From positions 1,550,001-1,614,000 of the forward strand of contig JADEYG010000001.1 of the NCBI GenBank assembly GCA_016906335.1: a stretch of DNA of 64,000 bases, read 5' to 3'. Source of the DNA: Novakomyces olei (lineage: Eukaryota). Shown piece after piece: positions 59,533-64,000 of this stretch. The notes beneath the pieces were generated by a model. That model was not told where the DNA came from and did not search any database. It saw only the letters and a list, made by a program, of their open reading frames with translations. The position numbers were made by a program, and so were the translations under genes. Position 1 is the first letter of the stretch; every line of letters starts with the position of its first letter.

Positions 59533-62500
59533 ATGCCAGCTCAAATCATTGACGGAAATGCCACTGCAAAGTAAGGCTTTAAACTGTACCCAGTTTTCAT
59601 TTATCTACTCAGGCTCAAGAGCCAACAGTTGTCTGTGTCTAATAATTTCGCAAACAATTCCTTACGTATAGGGCAATCCGTGAGCAAATTGCAGAGGCAA
59701 TCCGCACTACTGGCATACGCCCCAGTCTGGCCATTGTGCAGGTAGGCGGCCGTGAAGATTCATCGCTCTATGTGCGCATGAAGGAAAAAGCTGCAAAGGA
59801 AGCCAATATCGCTTTTCGTCATATAAATCTGCCGCAGGATATCACCCAGGACGAGGTATTTGTCACGCCATAACTTTTCAAAATGATTACTATTCATTTC
59901 TTTGTATTCAGTCTATTGCTTTTTTTCTCTATTGCTCTATTGCTCTATTGCTCTATTGCTCTATTGCTCTATTGCTCTATTGCTCTATTGCTCTATTGCT
60001 CTATTGCTCTATTGCTCTATTGCTCTATTGCTCTATTGCTCTATTGCTCTATTGCTCTATTGCTCTATTGCTCTATTGCTCTATTGCTCTATTGCTCTAT
60101 TGCTCTATTGCTCTATTGCTCTATTGCTCTATTGCTCTATTGCTCTATTGCTCTATTGCTCTATTGCTCTATTGCTCTATTGCTCTATTGCTCTATTGCT
60201 CTATTGCTCTATTGCTCTATTGCTCTATTGCTCTATTGCTCTATCATCGGATTATTTGAATACCGTGCCACCATTCCCTTGTATTTAATTATTTCGTACT
60301 TTTTCATTTCTAACACTGCACAGCTCATCAAACACATCCATGCTCTAAATCTCGACCCGAACGTGCACGGTGTGCTCGTACAATTGCCCATCCCTGCTCA
60401 TTTGTCAGAGCAGGCTGTAACTGCGGCAGTTGCCCTGGACAAGGATGTTGATGGTTTCGCCGTTGCCAATATAGGAGAGCTGGCGAAGAAGAACGGTCAC
60501 CCTTTATTCGTGCCGTGCACGCCCAAAGGCATCATATACCTCTTGGACGCGTACAGCATCGATATTCGTGGAAAAAGAGCCGTTGTTTTAGGCCGCAGCG
60601 ATATTGTTGGGAACCCAGTAGCGTATCTCCTTCGTAACCGTGATGCCACTGTGACCGTAGTCCATTCGCGCAGTGACAATATACGGGAGATTGTACGTGA
60701 GGCGGATATAGTAGTGGCGGCAATTGGACAGCCTCAGCTTGTAAAGGCCGATTGGATCAAACCCGGGGCAATTGTAATCGATGTGGGTACAAACTATGTG
60801 CCCGACGCTACACGCAAGTCGGGCCAGAGACTCGTGGGCGATGTTGACTTTGAAGAGGCCTCTAAAGTGGCAGAGTACATTACTCCCGTCCCCGGAGGAG
60901 TGGGCCCTATGACCGTTTGCATGCTTATGCAAAATGTATGGGAGTCTGCACAGAGGCACCACCGAGCTCGCCGGCTGCAGCCACTACCCTTAACTCTTCT
61001 GGACCCGGTCCCCTCTGATCTGGCAATTGCGAGTGGTCAGAGGCCTAAACAGATTGCTCAATTGGCACAGGAAATTGGAGTTTTGCCAGAGGAGTTAGAG
61101 CTGCATGGGTCCTACAAAGCCAAAGTCAGTTTGGACGCATTGGACCGTTTAGCGGATCAGCCAAACGGCAAGTACGTAATCGTTACAGGCATCACACCCA
61201 CACCAGCGGGCGAGGGCAAATCGACGACAACGTACGGACTGGTACAGGCACTCGGAGCAGAGTTGGGACTGAACGCCTTTGCCTGCGTTCGCCAGCCCTC
61301 TCAGGGCCCTACCTTTGGCATTAAAGGTGGAGCCGCTGGTGGAGGCTATGCTCAGTGTATTCCCATGGACGAGTTCAATCTGCACATGACCGGTGACATT
61401 CACGCTATCGGAGCGGCCAACAATCTGTTGGCTGCCGCTATAGACACACGTATTTTCCATGAAAATACGCAAAAAGACAGGGCACTGTTCAGCCGGCTAG
61501 TTCCGGAGAAAAAGGGGGTCAGAAAGTTTGCTCCCGTAATGTTCCGTAGGCTGCGTAAACTGGGAATAGCAAAGACGGACCCGAACGATCTGACAGAGGC
61601 AGAAGTACGTAAATTTGCTCGTCTCGATATCGATCCGGACACTATTACGTGGCAGCGAGTGTTGGACGTGAATGACCGTTTCCTCCGTGGCATAACTATC
61701 GGAGAGGGCCCCAATGAGAAGGGCATGACGCGTCGGACTGGCTTTGATATTACTGTGGCCAGTGAGTGTATGAGCGTACTGGCTCTGACTACGAGTCTGC
61801 GGGACATGAGAGAAAGACTTGGGGCAATGGTAGTTGCCTCCAGTCGCAGCGGTGACCCCATCACTGCTGACGATCTCGGAATCGGTGGTGCTTTAGCCGT
61901 TTTAATGAAGGACGCGCTTAAACCGAACCTGATGCAAACGCTGGAGGGCACTCCAGTGTTTGTCCACGCTGGGCCTTTTGCCAATATCTCTATCGGCCAG
62001 AGCTCTGTGCTGGCGGACAAGTTGGCCCTTAAACTCGGCGATTATTGTGTAACTGAAGCAGGGTTTTCTTCCGAGATTGGACTGGAAAAGTTTTGCAACA
62101 TTAAATGCCGGTCTAGCGGTCTCAACCCGGACTGTGCCGTCCTTGTTGCCACTGTCCAGGCACTCAAGATGCATGGCGCTGGTGATTTAGGTAATGGATG
62201 TGCTAATATGGAGAGGCATATTGAAAACTGCCGTCGCTACAATATCCCTGTCGTTGTAGCAATAAACCGCTTTGCCACCGATACGGCAGAGGAAATTGCT
62301 CTCATCCGTGAGCGAGCTGCTGCTGCTGGTGCAGACGCGGCAGTGCCTACTTTTCATTGGGCTCGTGGAGGCGCTGGCGCTCGTGATCTGGCTCAGGCTG
62401 TTGTGCAGGCGAGCGAAAAGCCCAGCAAGTTTGAGTACCTCTACCCTCTCGATCTGCCGCTCAAGGATAAAATAGAAAAAATTGCGTGTGAAATGTACGG

Positions 62501-62801
62501 TGCCCGGAGTGTGGAGTACGCACCACTCGCTCTGGACCGTATTGACCGGCTCACACGTCAGGGCTATGCTGGCCTGCCTGTCTGTATTGCTAAAACACAG
62601 TACTCTTTGTCCGCCGACCCAGAGCTGAAGAATTCTCCACGCGACTTTGTCGTGCCCATCCGCGATGTACGTTTGTCCGCCGGCGCCGGGTTTGTTTACC
62701 CTCTGACGGGTGCTATTCAAACGATCCCGGGTCTGCCTACTGCTCCGGCTTACTTGAACATCGACGTGGACGATGAGGGGAACGTTGTAGGCCTTTTCTG
62801 A
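59533..62801 (+). CDS. Trifunctional C1-tetrahydrofolate synthase (Ade3/Mis1 family; introns 59571-59671, 59856-60323; probable N-terminally extended isoform)
   Basis: [46 protein letters not shown]; synthetase domain [33 protein letters not shown]. Confidence 0.96.
59928..60244. repeat. (CTATTGCT)n 8-bp satellite, about 39 copies, inside C1-THF synthase intron 2
   Basis: Perfect array between a GTATTT donor (59856) and a CTAAC...CAG acceptor (60323). Confidence 0.97.
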
Positions 62802-62837
62802 TTTGAACCAAACAGACAAAGATGGGGGGAGACAATG

Positions 62838-62912
62838 GGAAAAAAATAATGCAAAAAAAATAATGCAAAAAAAATAATGCAAAAGAAATAATGCAAAAGA
62901 AATTATGCAAAA
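62838..62912. repeat. A-rich 14-15 bp repeat (AAAATAATGCAAAA) x about 5
   Basis: Read directly in the 3' flank of C1-THF synthase. Confidence 0.8.
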
Positions 62913-63374
62913 GGATTCTATGAAAAAAAAAATAATCGAAAAAAGAAAGCAGGAGGCAATTTGCAAAAGCAAGGCAAATATTCGTCTCCTAATTTCGTCT
63001 TGCAATTCGTTTGCGTGGAGAACCCCCACGCTCGATTCAACCCGGTGTGCGCCATTACTGGTTTTGGCAACTTAACTTGCCTTGTATTTAGATTAGCTAG
63101 ATTGTGATATATAGAAGCAATATATCGATCATTAGACTTATTTGCCACAGCAGGTGCAGAGCTATCGCCAGGGTTTGGCGTTTACTAGTTCAAAGTGGAC
63201 GCTGGTCCTTGGTATACAAAGGCAAAAGAATATACAGTATGGCGGACAAAAGGCACTTTTAAACAAACAGCAATTATAAATAAAGCCAGTTGGTTGCCAC
63301 GCTATAGATCAACAGTGTACGTGAGAATGTGCAAGTGCTGTCGGTGAGTGCAAATATATATATACAGTCGACGC

Positions 63375-64000
63375 CTAGTCAAGCACACGTGGCGCACTCG
63401 TCCCTTCCTCAACGGCCAAGTGCGCCAGCGCATTTTGGCCGTGCAGTAAAAGCTCTTCTGATATTACGAGTGTTCGAGTTATCTGCTGCTCAATCTCTTG
63501 AGCGGCTTCCAGCAAACTTGGCGCCTCCTGGTCTTCCGCGTCTTCACTAAACTCGACAGACAGTGTCGCACGCGGCATTCCGGTACGAACTTGTTGCCTT
63601 AACCTTTTAATTTCCAACGTCTGTGCCCGCAGTTTCGACTCCAGCTCCTTGTTTATAGCCCGGAGCGAATCGTTCTCTAACCGTGCATCCAGCATCTTGG
63701 GTTAGCATCAACTCCTCTGCACATTTCCCTTTTTCCTTGTTTTATTTTATTTTCAGCTCATTTTCATTTTCTTCTTTTCTTTATTTTCTTTTTTTCTTTT
63801 TTTCTTTTTTTCTTTTTTTTTCTTTTTTTCTTTTCTCCCTTGTTTTTGTTTGTTTCAAATTTATTAATTTCAAACTTATTTAAAATCATCGTTCGCCTAC
63901 CCTCCTCTGGAAACGCGCAGTCTCCATATCATTCTCCGTATCGGCGTCGTCCGTCTCCGACCCGAGAGCGGTTGGAGACACCGGCGAGGCCGACGGAGAA
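63375..64000 (-). CDS. 3' part of an uncharacterised coiled-coil protein (intron 63900-63696; gene starts beyond the window)
   Basis: GTAGGC...GCTAACCCAAG intron joins ETARFQRR to MLDARLENDSLRAINKELE; heptad pattern. Confidence 0.65.

Noticed and set aside
59883-60323. YCSIALLL repeat N-terminus on the 972-aa ORF
   Set aside because: Intronic 8-bp satellite; intron retention hits TAA at 59871.

Overview
Gene-dense eukaryotic (fungal, ascomycete-type) chromosomal DNA. It has short GT-AG introns with CTAAC-type branch sites and the standard genetic code (CTG is Leu at conserved sites, e.g. DBP5 IILFSAT). The gene content (DDB1, HRI kinase, Sororin-like, Nrd1-like, CutA/Cid13-like, Hsk3, acyl-CoA oxidase) suggests an early-diverging ascomycete, possibly Taphrinomycotina-like; that placement is inference. 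About 25 protein genes and 2 tRNAs are supported, and no transposon or CRISPR was seen. Most notable observations: (1) a Sororin-like gene (FGF motif plus Sororin C-terminal motif) 424 bp upstream of PDS5, with similar promoter motifs; (2) a poor-context, out-of-frame uORF overlapping the eIF5 start, matching start-stringency autoregulation; (3) a hidden acid-free mitochondrial-presequence-like extension of C1-THF synthase with no contiguous ATG; (4) long, nearly perfect 3-, 7-, 8- and 10-bp satellites in introns, on a stop codon, in a bidirectional promoter and in a terminator region; (5) telomere-like GGGTTAGTCA/AACCCT boxes in promoters. All gene identities come from motif recognition by eye; no searches were run.
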